DNA of 64,000 bases from Laetmonice hystrix (taxonomy: Eukaryota): contig OZ249436.1 in the NCBI GenBank assembly GCA_965235115.1, positions 4,776,001 through 4,840,000 of the forward strand, given 5' to 3'. The position numbers and the translations under genes are program-made. Each line of letters starts with the position of its first letter. Within the stretch, counting starts at the first letter, position 1. Under the pieces are notes generated by a model. That model did not search any database and had not been told where the DNA came from. It worked only from the letters and a program-made list of their open reading frames with translations. Positions 50,136-64,000 of this stretch are shown here, in pieces.

Positions 50136-53100
50136 GTAAGCAAAACATTCCACTTATTAAACTGTTACATTGTGTGGCCTCGTATTACACTGTTGAACTA
50201 GGTACTGCATACTCTACTAACTCGACAGATGGAACTGGGTGGTTGTGTATAGTGTAACACAACCGTCAACTGGGTATTTTACCGACCAGTAAACAGAGCC
50301 AGAGGGCCCCACCTACCACCACCCACCGACTAGGGCCAGTACTAGTAGGGGAACCCCACTTGCACTGAAGCCGGTTCTGCCATGTCCAGGCTCAGGCATG
50401 AATTGAATGGCTAGGGCCGGGTGGGCGGCTGGGGGCGGAGCAGGTAGCAATTTGTTCTTCCTGGCTTTCTATGTATCATACCACTGCAAACAAGCAATTT
50501 TATTAGATAAGCAAGGCATCAGAGTTGTAACCCCTATTGTCTAAACTCTTGCCTATTTTCTATGTTTGATGCATAAAAATAGTGGAATTTTGTTGAAAGA
50601 TTTGGGAGAAATTTCTACTCCACATGTTCAGAAAACGCGTCTCTGACGTTCCTAAAAGGAAATTCACGGGGAGGGCCCTAAACCCCCTCGAAAATGGGCC
50701 ACTGATTATCCACCAAAAGGTGGCCCCCCCTTTCCTGAAATCCTGGATCTGCCACTGAAGTCCACCTGCACTGCTGCAGTCATCCATGTTTAAATTGAGA
50801 TCAACATGCAAGAGGACCCGTCGTAGTTTAATCAGAGAGTCTAGTAAAAAGAGAGACCGCACTGCCCAATCAGTGCATAGTGACATGCACTAATATATTT
50901 CTTGTTTTATTTGTAACAAAATCTATAAGATAAGATGGTCCCATTATTATTATTAACACCACCACTGTATTTTGAACCAACTGAGGTCCCAAAAACTAAG
51001 CTTTTTGTTCTCAATTTGTAGTAGTGCACTGTCCGCTGCTCAGTTCTAAGCGACATTACATAAATTTTCAAAATTAGGTCACCTGATTCTGTGGTATAAT
51101 GTTTAAAATAACAGCTTGCTCACATTTTTGGTTGTTGGTAAGATATTAAAGAGTTGGTTTGAGGCTCTGTGAGTGTGATGAGTGGTCTGGATCTGGCCCT
51201 CAGTGAGGGAGGGAAACATCTAGAGTATTCCCTTTCATGGAATATCATCAATTTCAATTCCTGTTTTAGGCAGATGAGCTCTATCTCTCATGCTATGTTT
51301 AAATTGCCTGCATGTACTGAACTCACATGAACTTCCTGTTTTTACATCTGAAATGACCAGGACATGGGCCTAGGTCATCTTCATAGAAGGCCTGAAGTGT
51401 GAATGTAGTCAGGTGACATCTTGTGGCAAGTCGTTTGTCAAGTAAAAAATTTAATATATTGAATTTCCTGCTAACCAGATAAGGTTGTGTGGAACAAATT
51501 ATTTTTTAAATCCAGAATCAGTTGTTGAATTGTTGTGTTAGCAGCATAGATTGCATGTTATGAGCGATTTGTAGATTGATCATTATGAGAAATACCTAAT
51601 TGGCTTTTGTTAACAATAGTGTGATCAAGACAATCAAGCCGCATAGACAGAGGATGGAAGGGAAAGATAATAGATGGTAAAAGATAACGGAGTGATAAAA
51701 TAGAAAATCTCGCGACAGTGTCGTCAGGGATTTGGAATGACTTGGATCTAGTGATAGGTTCTCAGATAATTGCCAGTAATTATTATACTTTTTACGTGAA
51801 ACTGTAGGTGGTATGTGGTATAACTGTCAAACTGAATAGATTCAATATGATGAGAAATCTTAGTTGATTATATATGGACCATGCCACAAGGGGGGAGTCA
51901 CTTTCCTGTAATTGTATAATGTTTTTCTGCTTGAGTGATAGTTGTGGGATGTGTCCTAAATCACAATTTATGTAAAGAAAAGTTTGTAATTGTTTGAGAT
52001 AAAAATGATAAATTAATGGATAGAAGAAATCAGTAGTTACTACTGTATGAAGGCAGTATTGGACCTGTGTATAATTGAAGAGGATAGAAAGGACATATTT
52101 CTCTGACATTGTAAGTGAATACACCACGAGGAAAACATGATTTATATTTGATCAGAAATTTTACTGTCTTAAATTACCAGCATTGTAGGTAGGGAAAGCA
52201 ATTGGACGGGGGGGGGGGGGGGGGGGGGGGGTCGCCAACTGTTTCTCAGCGTGGAAGGTTTTTTTTAAGCAATATGAATTGAATTACTTTTCAAGATGCA
52301 CCAGTTCTAAAAGCAGGTCAGTGAGAATGGTGCCCACTTGAGTTGAAATTAGCCAGGTTGGTATGTCGTATTGTATTGATGAAAGTCTCTCCATGTTTGA
52401 CTTGTTACCTATAGATGTACTACTGGCCTATATCCTTCTCATCTTAGTGGATTGACATAAATAAATCCTGGCTACCGCATCAACAACTTGTTTAAAATAC
52501 AAAGGTACAACCTTTGGGGGACATCATACACAAACTATGTATGTATATGAATTATGATTCAATGTTGAAACAGTTTGCATGAAACGTGCTTTGAACAGTG
52601 TATCTGGGAGTAGGAAGGTGAAAGCGGGTGATTGTACTCTGATCTATACTTCTATCTTACGTACTTACCTTATATTTTAAATAGCTGTTGTTTAATTTAC
52701 TGACCAGTGATGCATTTTACAACGTGCCATGCTAGCTTGCAATTAAGGCCAGCCTCGGAGTAAATTGCTAAACAAGTGATCTCTGAATATTGTATGGTGG
52801 TATTTTCTGCAATGTTGTGACCAGAGTGCCAGGCACATTTCCCTGGAGAGATTCACACTTTTTATTAGGGTGGCGGGGGGGGGGGGGGGGGGGCTGGGGT
52901 TAGGCATTATCATGATTTTTTTTTTTTGGGGGGGGATTTACTTTAATTTAAGTTTAAATAGTGAACCCTGCCAAGTGTAAGCAGGTACATGTTATCTGGA
53001 GTTATACGTGGAGAATGCTGACTATCTGTGTTAGTGTTTTATGATGACATGACCTCATTCACATTATTCATAAAAATAGTAGTATATGAATGATGAGGTT

Positions 53101-53290
53101 TATTGCGCTTAGTAAGAGGCGTGGCAGCTGGGATTGTGTTACTGTAGACTAGACAAGTGATCAGTATCATGTCTGTAAACTCAAATCGTAGACCAGGTAT
53201 CCATAGTTATAGCAACGAGTCATGGCGGCTTGGCTTTGAATTCATAAATTCATGCATTCCTCGTTCATTTGGAAGGGCCTGTTTGTAAGT

Positions 53291-53345
53291 ACCGTAATAT
53301 AACACCGTAATATAACACCGTAATATAACACCGTAATATAACACC
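53291..53345. repeat. 13-bp tandem repeat x4
   Basis: Unit ACCGTAATATAAC. Confidence 0.85.
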
Positions 53346-55482
53346 TCCACCAGGATTACATATTAAGTCATGCCAGCACATTCCTAGCTCGACCTCTGCC
53401 GCATGATTAGAGCCCTTATATTGAAGCCTGATGGCGACCTATTATAGCAGTCCGCAGACCAAATGGCTGGGGGGGGGGGGGGGGGGGGTTGTTGTTGTTG
53501 GGGAGGGGGTTGGGGTTGGAGGTGGGGGGGGGGGGGGGGTTGATGGATGGCTATACACTGTCGTTGTATCAGCTACTCCAGTAATATAATCTATTAAATA
53601 TTGTCTTCCAAGGTACATTTGGTGTACCGGTACTTCCTGCAAAATGTACGAGCCAGTTTTGTTGAGGGAGTAGTTGTTCAAGTTCAATATCTACCTGCAA
53701 GAGGCACGTCTGATCTCTGGGGACTGAGTGAGCTATTACCCCCTGCCAGTTCCCACAGGGTGGGTCAGTGCACAGGGGCCACTGCCAACTCGGAAATGGG
53801 GCTTAAGTTGCTTTATCGACCTCAGCATAGGACTTCTGAGGGTTAGACAAATTCGTAATGAGAACCATAAGGGGAATATAGACCCACGACCAAAAGCTTG
53901 GATAGGTCCTATATAAATTTGTACGACCGGTCGAATGTTAGTGCAACGCCCCCTGGATTTATGAGAACATAGATCTGTGAAAAATGTCTTTCTTTGTGCG
54001 AGATTATTGTGGTTTGCTGCACTCCGAATGTTATCCCCACATCATAACGAGTTCAAAAATATCTAACCTTCTCAAGGCACGAACTCGTAAAAAAAAGCTG
54101 TCGTACAAAGACATTGTTAGGTAGTGAAGAGTTTTCAGTGATCTGTTGTGATTAACAGAACCAGGACTGGGCCATGTAGTATTAATTTAAATAGTTCTCA
54201 CAGAGGATGTCAGGCTGCTCAACTTCTGTTGTCATCAAAGGGCCATTTTTATGGCCACACTGTCAGTAATTCCAAGAGAGGTGGGGGTTGTGAAAGGGCT
54301 GATCTAGGTGATCTAGGGAGGGGGCGGGGTCGCCTCCTTTGTTAGGGTGTGTAAGTCGATAATACGGAGCTCAATCAGGCTGCAGCAAAGATTGCTGAAT
54401 GTGGTCTTGACATGGTCAGCTATTGTATGATGACAGTACTCAATATTTCCAATATTAGGGAAATCTTTCAGCGGTACTGGCCAGGGATATATCCCACCAG
54501 TGAATGCATCCTGAGATCGTACCCCTAAAGGCGGACAAGGTACCAAAAATAAATACTGAATGAAGCTCTATCTCCAAATATTTTAAAATGATGCCTTATA
54601 AATCCTAACACTGAGTGCTATGACAAGTTTACCATCATTTAAACTTTAAAAGTGGCACCAAAAATTCAGGACTTGCTTCCCTTTGAATAAGTTGATCCCC
54701 AAGGACACCATGTGAAAAATTCAGGTTCCAGCGATAAGTGAAAGTATTTTAAAAATGGAGTTATGTTAGGGCCCGAGTTATCTGTAAATATTATGGCAGC
54801 GGAATAGGAGTGGAAGAGAGGAAGACAGCAGAGACATATTTTCCATCCCACTTAAAAAATACTGTGCCTATTGCTTGAACCTGAAATTTTAACAGAGGAG
54901 CCGCTGCCTCAGATATATCAATTCGATGTTGATAAGTAATCTATAGCTCAACACGGAATGCTGTATTCTATATTCGAAACTCAATTATGGCCTTTTATGA
55001 TCTTATCTCTGCAATAAATTCTTCCCAGTTCTGAATGCTTTGAAATCAGGAAGTTGAGTCTTGGAAAATGTGAAATATGCTTTGCTAGAGAAGTGAAAAA
55101 AGGATAGCGTGGTTGTCCCAAATTCAATTCTTCATGCGTCAGACAGCTCAGAAATCATAGTTAGGTAAAAACTGAAGGTGTTTTAAAAAAGGATATCGAG
55201 CGAGCTAACGTTATGATTTACGGCTGACCTACATCAAGTAAACCCCCAAGACGCAGTGTCCCTGTCTTTGTGGATTGGATTGTGATTGGATACCTCTACA
55301 CTTTTAAAGAGAAACATTCCCTTTGATCATAAAGGTTGCAAATTTTTAATTTTGCATCTTCATTGTGTGCCATGAATCTTTACTTATCATTTTAGTGCCT
55401 TAAGAGTTTGACTGTGGATGACCTTGACAAAGTATGACTTATTATTACACAAGGTCCGTGTGGCGGGCCTTTACCATTCACA

Positions 55483-57277
55483 TCAACATGATCGTGTATG
55501 TGAACTCGAGTCAGTGGGATCTGGTGGTGTGAACGTTTCATGTCTCAACATGATCGTGTATGTGAACTCGAGTCAGTGGGATCTGGTGGTGTGAACGTTT
55601 CATGTCTCAACATGATCGTGTATGTGAACTCGAGTCAGTGGGATCTGGTGGTGTGAACGTTTCATGTCTCAACATGATCGTGTATGTGAACTCGAGTCAG
55701 TGGGATCTGGTAGTGTGAACGTTTCATGTCTCAACATGATCGTGTATGTGAACTCGAGTCAGTGGGATCTGGTGGTGTGAACGTTTCATGTCTCAACATG
55801 ATCGTGTATGTGAACTCGAGTCAGTGGGATCTGGTGGTGTGAACGTTTCATGTCTCAACATGATCGTGTATGTGAACTCGAGTCAGTGGGATCTGGTGGT
55901 GTGAACGTTTCATGTCTCAACATGATCGTGTATGTGAACTCGAGTCAGTGGGATCTGGTGAGTGTGAACGTTTCATGTCTCAACATGATCGTGTATGTGA
56001 ACTCGAGTCAGTGGGGTCTGGTGGTGTAAACGTTTCATGTCTCAACATGATCGTGTATGTGAACTCGAGTCAGTGGGATCTGGTGGTGTGAACGTTTCAT
56101 GTCTCAACATGATCGTGTATGTGAACTCGAGTCAGTGGGATCTGGTGGTGTGAACGTTTCATGTCTCAACATGATCGTGTATGTGAACTCGAGTCAGTGG
56201 GATCTGGTGGTGTGATCGTTTCATGTCTCAACATGATCGTGTATGTGAACTCGAGTCAGTGGGATCTGGTGGTGTGAACGTTTCATGTCTCAACATGATC
56301 GTGTATGTGAACTCGAGTCAGTGGGATCTGGTGGTGTGAACGTTTCATGTCTCAACATGATCGTGTATGTGAACTCGAGTCAGTGGGATCTGCTGGTGTG
56401 AACGTTTCATGTCTCAACATGATCGTGTATGTGAACTCGAGTCAGTGGGATCTGGTGGTGTGAACGTTTCATGTCTCAACATGATCGTGTATGTGAACTC
56501 GAGTCAGTGGGATCTGGTGGTGTGAACGTTTCATGTCTCAACATGATCGTGTATGTGAACTCGAGTCAGTGGGATCTGGTGGTGTGATCGTTTCATGTCT
56601 CAACATGATCGTGTATGTGAACTCGAGTCAGTGGGATCTGCTGGTGTGAACGTTTCATGTCTCAACATGATCGTGTATGTGAACTCGAGTCAGTGGGATC
56701 TGCTGGTGTGAACGTTTCATGTCTCAACATGATCGTGTATGTGAACTCGAGTCAGTGGGATCTGGTGGTGTGAACGTTTCATGTCTCAACATGATCGTGT
56801 ATGTGAACTCGAGTCAGTGGGATCTGGTGGTGTGAACGTTTCATGTCTCAACATGATCGTGTATGTGAACTCGAGTCAGTGGGATCTGGTGGTGTGAACG
56901 TTTCATGTCTCAACATGATCGTGTATGTGAACTCGAGTCAGTGGGATCTGGTGGTGTGAACGTCTCATGTCTCAACATGATCGTGTATGTGAACTCGAGT
57001 CAGTGGGATCTGGTGGTGTGAACGTTTCATGTCTCAACATGATCGTGTATGTGAACTCGAGTCAGTGGGATCTGGTGGTGTGAACGTTTCATGTCTCAAC
57101 ATGATCGTGTATGTGAACTCGAGTCAGTGGGATCTGGTGGTGTAAACGTTTCATGTCTCAACATGATCGTGTATGTGAACTCGAGTCAGTGGGATCTGGT
57201 GGTGTAAACGTCTCATGTCTCAACATGATCGTGTATGTGAACTCAGTGGGATCTGGTGGTGTGAACGTTTCATGTCT
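55483..57277. repeat. Satellite, 62-bp unit, ~29 highly homogeneous copies, in SNX27 intron 1
   Basis: Unit CAACATGATCGTGTATGTGAACTCGAGTCAGTGGGATCTGGTGGTGTGAACGTTTCATGTCT. Confidence 0.97.
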
Positions 57278-58047
57278 TATGATGAAATTCCAGTGTAGAG
57301 AATGGTTGGAAAATCTTTGCGAAAAAAATCCAATTTATTTTATATTTGTCAAGGGGAGGTATTGGACAATGGTCGCTACTGTCATCTCATCGGAAGCAGA
57401 AATAGAAAAATCTGTGAACTCAAAGAGCTCTGATTATTACTATGGACATAGACATGAAGCAGTGGAGTGAAGTGGAATCACAACTAATTGCTTTCCATTT
57501 TTATTCAAAGGCATCTATTGTTTGCCTCTGTGTGTTCAAATCTGATAGATGAAGGGATGTGTATCACTATGTGTATAATTTGAAAACGAAAATCAGAAGC
57601 GCAATGTTTAATAGCATTGCTCCAGTCGATATATTACTCCGTGCCGTTCCCAGGTAATGGAATCAGAGATATGTTGCTAAAAGCACGGTATCTATCTTGG
57701 AATCTGGACGGAGTGAAAAGGTGCTTCCCAGGGCTGTCGTTAAGATCAGAACCGCATATTGCAATCTCATTCAGATAATGCGTGTATTATTGGATGAGTG
57801 TAAAATTGAACGGTTGCTGAGAAGTAATATGGGTGGACGGGGGCCTGGTCGTGGAGGGGTCACAAGGGAGGGCGGGGGGGGGGGGGGGGAGGGGCTGACC
57901 CCAGCTTTCCCCGATTGTGGATATGACTGTCAGACATGTATACCCAATAATGAAATATGCGGTCTTCAAGGTTATTTTAGACCAGAAAATCTGATGAAGT
58001 GGCAACATTTGGTTTATCACTGACATTGTGTAATTGTAAGGACAGGA

Positions 58048-58203
58048 TCCTGAAATCCTCCATTGGTGTAGTCCTTCCTTGACCATTTGTTTCAGTCAGT
58101 TTCACTGTTATCACTGATATTGTTTAAGGACATAGGATCCTTGTCCTGAAATCCTCCATTGGTGTAGTCCTTCCTTGACCATTTGTTTCACTCAGTTTCA
58201 CTA
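58048..58203. repeat. ~60-bp direct duplication
   Basis: TCCTGAAATCCTCCATTGGTGTAGTCCTTCCTTGACCATTTGTTTCA(G/C)TCAGTTTCACT occurs twice. Confidence 0.85.
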
Positions 58204-59729
58204 TCTCAGGTCTTTAGTATGTTGAGATGATCCTTGTCAGACTAGGAGCCACCAATCCACGCCACTTTCTCTGGCGCCAGCAGACCTTTCTATTGACCTA
58301 GAGGGTACCGGGTCTCGGTCTGACCTCATTATTTAGATCGGTGGTAAAGGTTGTAAACACACCAAAAGCTCTCTTGATGTGAAACCTGCCACAAACGGCT
58401 TCAGTTTAATCCGGATTATGATAATAATATCTACCCATCCTTCAGCTGTACGGACAACCAGTGATCTTGTACTAGTGACATTTTATGTGGCATTTGCTGA
58501 CATTTTTTCAGGCTTGACACTTGGGCTGTTAGTTTTGCAGACATTTTACAAATCTCAGCTGCGTTGCCCATTGGATGGTGACATTTTATTAAACCTTTGA
58601 TTTTATTTTAGTGAAGATGATTCTAAATAATACACAAACAAAATATTTTACAGGGGAATACGGTTGATCGAGAATATTCTCATTGGGGTCATTGAAATAG
58701 TCTCAGCTCTGTTAAAATATACATGTGTGATCAATTTCAAATCATGTTATTGCACAAGACCTTGCGACCATCAGAATGGCATATTCCCACGTGTGTTAAC
58801 ATTTGTAGAAAGAACTTTGGGTAAATAGGTGAATTGTTGTAAGAAAGACGAAGTGTTTTCCTGCTGGGCTGTGTTGAAATGGGGAAAAAGGGAGAAAACA
58901 AAACGAGAAATGAAGGCGAGAGGTTGAACAAGAAAAAAGTCACAATATGAAGGTCGTAACTGGCAGAGACTGATTGAATAAATGAGTGTTGACTTGCCAA
59001 GCCACGTGTTTGCTGTTACATTGCCATGACACGCAGGAATTTGTTGTATTTAAGAGGAGTAAGCCCCATGGAATGACACAAAAAACGATTTGGAAACGAC
59101 TGTAATTTGTAAAGGACCAGGTATTCATCGGTGTTTTTGCTGAGGTAATGTGCGACACCATTTTAATTTTACACTAAAAAAAACCCAAACAAATGCCAAA
59201 AGACTCGTTATATTTTTGGAGGTCAGAATATGTGGATAGAAGTTCTGTCGCCATAGCAACAATGTTGTGGTAACTCTAGCCTGTCAACCTAAACTAGCAG
59301 TGTCAGTTTTCAACAGTAGTTTCCCAGGCGCAGTCTCAATGCCGTGTTGCCAATGGCAACTGTACCTGGACTGACACGGTCAAAACAACGAAAAGTGTGT
59401 CCGATATTATACTTAAAAAAATAGCGCTGAAATCAAGGTGCGGTGTTTCAGTCAGAAGGCTTGTTGAGAGAGTGTGTGGAATGGGGAACAATGAGAACAT
59501 TATAGTGTCAGTGTCAGATATGTATGGCACTGCAGGTCCTTAGTCTAACACCACCTAGAACCTGCTGGAACATGAAACCACAATATCGTCATCATCTTAC
59601 CGGTATACACACGGCCGGGGGCTGAGGGTTAGGGAGGGACGGGGAGGGGGTATTGTAAGGGTACTGCAGTCAGGACCGGTAACGTGTATTGTTGGCTGTG
59701 TGGCCACAGTCTCAAGTGATGGACGCTAA

Positions 59730-59975
59730 CGGGAAAACGGGCATCTTTGTTTAATTCTGCCGCATAGATTTTTGGTGTTATATGTACGGAGAAATGGAAC
59801 GGGCACCTTTGTTCTGCTCCATAGATTTTTGGTGTTATATGTACGGAGAAAGGGAACGGGCACCTTTGTTCTGCTGCATAGATTTTTGGTGTTATATGTA
59901 CGGAGAAAGGGAACGGGCACCTTTGTTCTGCTGCATAGATTTTTGGTGTTACATGTATACGTACGGAGAAAGGGA
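59730..59975. repeat. Minisatellite, 57-bp unit, ~4 copies
   Basis: Unit CGGAGAAAGGGAACGGGCACCTTTGTTCTGCTGCATAGATTTTTGGTGTTATATGTA. Confidence 0.9.
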
Positions 59976-60994
59976 CGTATAGTCAGCTGTAGATCGTAGT
60001 TGGTCACTGAACCTCAGAAAACCATCATCCACTCTGTAATCTGATGTTTTTCCTTAAAGTTTTGAACTTAAACAAAGGATCGCACCTCTCGGGTAGAATC
60101 TCGCAGGTTGGGCACAGAGTACCCTACATATCTACCTATTCTGTGGGTTGGGTACTTAGGGATGGTTGTGACCTACATTGTGATGTTTCTTTGGAATTTC
60201 CTGGCAGTTCTGTAGATGAAGCCTGCTTGCTTTCAAATCACAAATACTGGTAAGTGGTCTCCACCACCACCACCAGTTCTCAGAGCTAGGGATTTAGGCA
60301 GAGGCCGTCCAGACTTTCTCTCAGTGAGACAGACGGTAGCAGCACCTCCCACCCGATCCATATTAGAAGTGTTTTCTTCCAATTCTCCACCAGTTGCCTG
60401 AGTCCACAAACTACGGGTCATTTCACAATACACTGACTGCCGACCCCGGTCTCCGGAAAAGTCATCATTTCTGACCACGGTTTGGCCCAGGTCATGAATG
60501 ACCGATGAGCCACTTGAAAACTCCTCTAACTCCACCGGAAAGGAGCTGCCATGTCGGTGCTCTGTGGGGACATGGCAGGATCTGGTCGATCCGACGTCTC
60601 AGTGACCAGCAGTGGGCAACCGTCGCTAGCCCTTGGTCTTAGTGTCCTTTACTGGCGCACACTGAACATTGGCTGTGGACACCATAGCAACTGTAAACTA
60701 TGGCATGCTTGATTCTTGATGTTATGCATAGTTTATACTCAGATTCTTCAGGTGCGACCACATATTGAATAAGTTCCAACTTCCTAGCCTTGAATACTAG
60801 AAGAGTTTCTAGGTGAGGTTCACCTTTTGTGAAGGAGTCAAAGGGCTGTGGGAGTAGCCCAAGGGAAGGCATTTTGAAAGAAAAATAAAGCCAGAAACCT
60901 TCGGAGTACATGTGTTGTGTATATGGTAAGTGATCGGGGAGCGATAGGAAACCCTGAATAGGTGTGGGCATAAGATTTGAATACTAGATGTGTT

Positions 60995-62443
60995 AGGTTA
61001 GTATACCATGTTGAATGCTTGATGTGAAGGTTGGTATACCAGGTTGAATGCTTGATGTGAAGGTTGGTATACCAGGTTGAATGCTTGATGTGAAGGTTGG
61101 TATACCAGGTTGATGTGAAGGTTGGTATACCAGGCTGAATGCTTGATGTGAAGGTTGGTATACCAGGCTGAATGCTTGATGTGAAGGTTGGTACCAGGTT
61201 GATGTGAAGGTTGGTATACCGGGTTGATGTGAAGGTTGGTATACCGGGTTGATGTGAAGGTTGGTATACCAGGTTGATGTGAAGGTTGGTATACCAGGTT
61301 GATGTGAAGGTTAGTATACCAGGTTGATGTGAAGGTTGGTATACCAGGTTGATGTGAAGGTTGGTATACCAGGTTGATGTGAAGGTTGGTATACCAGGTT
61401 GATGTGAAGGTTGGTATACCAGGTTGATGTGAAGGTTGGTATACCAGGTTGATGTGAAGGTTGGTATACCAGGTTGATGTGAAGGTTGGTATGCCAGGTT
61501 GATGTGAAGGTTGGTATGCCAGGTTGATGTGAAGGTTGGTATACCAGGTTGATGTGAAGGTTGGTATACCAGGTTGATGTGAAGGTTGGTATACCAGGTT
61601 GATGTGAAGGTTAGTATACCAGGTTGATGTGAAGGTTGGTATACCAGGTTGAATGCTTCATGTGAAGGTTGGTGTACCAGGTTGATGTGAAGGTTGGTAT
61701 ACCAGGTTGATGTGAAGGTTGGTATACCAGGTTGATGTGAAGGTTGGTATACCAGGTTGATGTGAAGGTTGGTATACCAGGTTGATGTGAAGGTTGGTAT
61801 ACCAGGTTGATGTGAAGGTTGGTATACCAGGTTGATGTGAAGGTTGGTATACCAGGTTGATGTGAAGGTTGGTATACCAGGTTGAATGCTTGATGTGAAG
61901 GTTGGTATACCAGGTTGATGTGAAGGTTGGTATACCAGGTTGATGTGAAGGTTGGTATGCCAGGTTGATGTGAAGGTTGGTATGCTAGGTTGAATGCTTG
62001 ATGTGAAGGTTGGTATACCAGGTTGATGTGAAGGTTGGTATACCAGGTTGATGTGAAGGTTGGTATACCAGGTTGATGTGAAGGTTGGTATACCAGGTTG
62101 ATGTGAAGGTTGGTATACCAGGTTGATGTGAAGGTTAGTATACCAGGTTGATGTGAAGGTTGGTATACCAGGCTGAATGCTTGATGTGAAGGTTGGTATA
62201 CCAGGTTGATGTGAAGGTTAGTATACCAGGTTGATGTGAAGGTTGGTATACCAGGTTGATGTGAAGGTGGGTATACCAGGTTGATGTGAAGGTTGGTATA
62301 CCAGGTTGATGTGAAGGTTAGTATACCAGGTTGATGTGAAGGTTGGTATACCAGGTTGATGTGAAGGTTGGTATACCAGGTTGATGTGAAGGTTGGTATA
62401 CCAGGTTGATGTGAAGGTTGGTATACCAGGTTGAATACTTGAT
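60995..62443. repeat. Minisatellite, 25-bp unit with 33-bp variant
   Basis: Unit GGTATACCAGGTTGATGTGAAGGTT; the variant adds 8 bp (TTGAATGCTTGA in place of TTGA). Confidence 0.97.
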
Positions 62444-64000
62444 GAGAAGACTCCCAGGGAGCGTGCCAAGATGAGAGCGGTCCCACACGGACAGCCTGTC
62501 AGCTGTCGGGTGGTGTAATACCTGCTAGTGAAGGATGGAGGGACGGGTAAAGGGTTAATGAAAACTCCACCCCCAGTAGGTCTCACCATATTTATGTTTT
62601 ACCCCCTCCCCTCCACATATCTTACGGTAGCCCGGGGACCTGTATAATAAGAGTGGATTAGAGGCGCCAGTCTCTGCCCCAGTCTCTGCCATGGCGTTTG
62701 ATAAATGGATGGCGCTTGTCCTCCCTGGAGACCTACAGTAAATATTATTGGCAGATAAGCGCCACTTCCCAGGTGGGCCGCCTAACTTGGAGAAGTAGCT
62801 CTGTGGTAGGGGCAGGCATTTGTCTACATGGTGACCGCTTTTCACATACGTGTGGTCTGTCGATGTTACGTAATAACTCAACTGTGGCCGATCTCTGTTG
62901 ACCTGTTTGTCCTTGACCAATAATCATTGCACTCCTTCCCATGCTAGTGTTTAGTCGGGTCAATCCCATTGGTGCGACTCAGTCAGTGCTATTTTCATAT
63001 ACTATAAGGTAATTTGACCTTTACCTGACTCTGTGAACTTTACCCGCTAGCATAGTCAACCATGATAATGTTTGTGATGGTGTGTTTTCTATTTGCATGT
63101 GATTCCTTTTAACCTAAGGGCAGGCTTTCCTGGAGGATTTCACCTTGGGGGGGGGGGGGGGTAGGGGGGGGGGCCCTTAGGGGGTAACCTAGGGTGGAGC
63201 ATTTGAAAAAAGTCAGAAATTTTTTGGGGGAATAACTGGGGGTTTTAAGCCCCCCCCCCCAACAAATGAGCCGGTCTTGGACTGGGGGGGGGGGGGTCAA
63301 AGGTCAAAGGTTTCTCTGATATACGGTGGCCCAAAAGGACATACATATTGTTTAGGAGGTCGGTGGGCAAGGGCCGTCAGTCACTGTACCGCTGACAGGC
63401 ACTGGTCAGCAGGGAGCCATGCGGTGGACCCTGAGTGACCACTGCCCGGTCTCCTCCGCTGACAGCTGGATATCTGCTGGGACCAGCCGCTGGGACCAGC
63501 CGCTGGGAGGACACCAGTCGACGCTGGTCAGTGGAGGCCAGCCGAGAACCACTTAAAATACATTCTCTCCTAGCCCGTGAGGCTTGGCGGCCACCAACGG
63601 CACAGGGGATAGATCTGTGGTCTGGGGGCGAGTTTGATGTGGGGGTCTGGGTTCTGGTTGGTGGTCTGTAGTCTGGATGGGGTGTGGGGGGGTCTGCAGT
63701 CCGGGTCTGGGGTCTGGGTAGGAGTCTGGTGTGAGGGACCATGGGTCAGGGGTCTCTGTAGTCTGGTTGGGGTGTGCGGCCCGGTCTGGTTGGTGGTTTG
63801 CAGTGTGGTCTGGACACAACCACATACTGTCTTCGAAAAGACTTTCAAGAGTTGCTTCATTAAAGTTTCTATCGATTGCCTTGAAATACGACTTGTATTT
63901 CTTCGTCTGGGCCTGCCAAATACACGTATTGATACGTGGAAATTGATTTAACAGCCGGTGCTCTGATCCGATTTCTAAAGGCCACCCAAGTTTTCTCCTG

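Noticed and set aside
61611..62589. 291-aa and 123-aa minus-strand ORFs
   Set aside because: Translations of the 25-bp minisatellite.
50136..64000. SNX27 exon 2 and nested genes (e.g. ORF 60233-60535)
   Set aside because: No NVEGATHKQVVDLI-like peptide was found, and the intronic ORFs show no recognisable homology.

Overview
Animal (invertebrate, probably lophotrochozoan- or deuterostome-type) nuclear DNA with spliceosomal introns. Two genes are recognisable, arranged head-to-head: (1) a complete two-exon MCL1-like anti-apoptotic Bcl-2-family gene on the minus strand (CDS 47407-46808 joined to 45544-45428, 238 aa, about 2 kb 3'UTR); (2) the first coding exon of sorting nexin 27 (PDZ domain) on the plus strand (49882-50135), whose intron 1 runs past the window end. 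The first ~43 kb has no recognisable protein gene. About a quarter of the window is 17 unrelated, locally amplified minisatellites (18-68 bp units); two of them contain ~1.4 kb higher-order block duplications. There are also several MITEs with TIRs/TSDs, isolated palindromes, and co-oriented CTCF-like motifs. The most unusual signal is a dense family of short TA-[G/A..C/T]-TA motifs (TAGGCCTA and variants). One can be seen as an insertion inside a single tandem-repeat copy, which suggests DNA-transposon excision or repair footprints. Most long ORFs in the ORF track are repeat artefacts. I found no CRISPR array, rRNA, tRNA or transposase gene.
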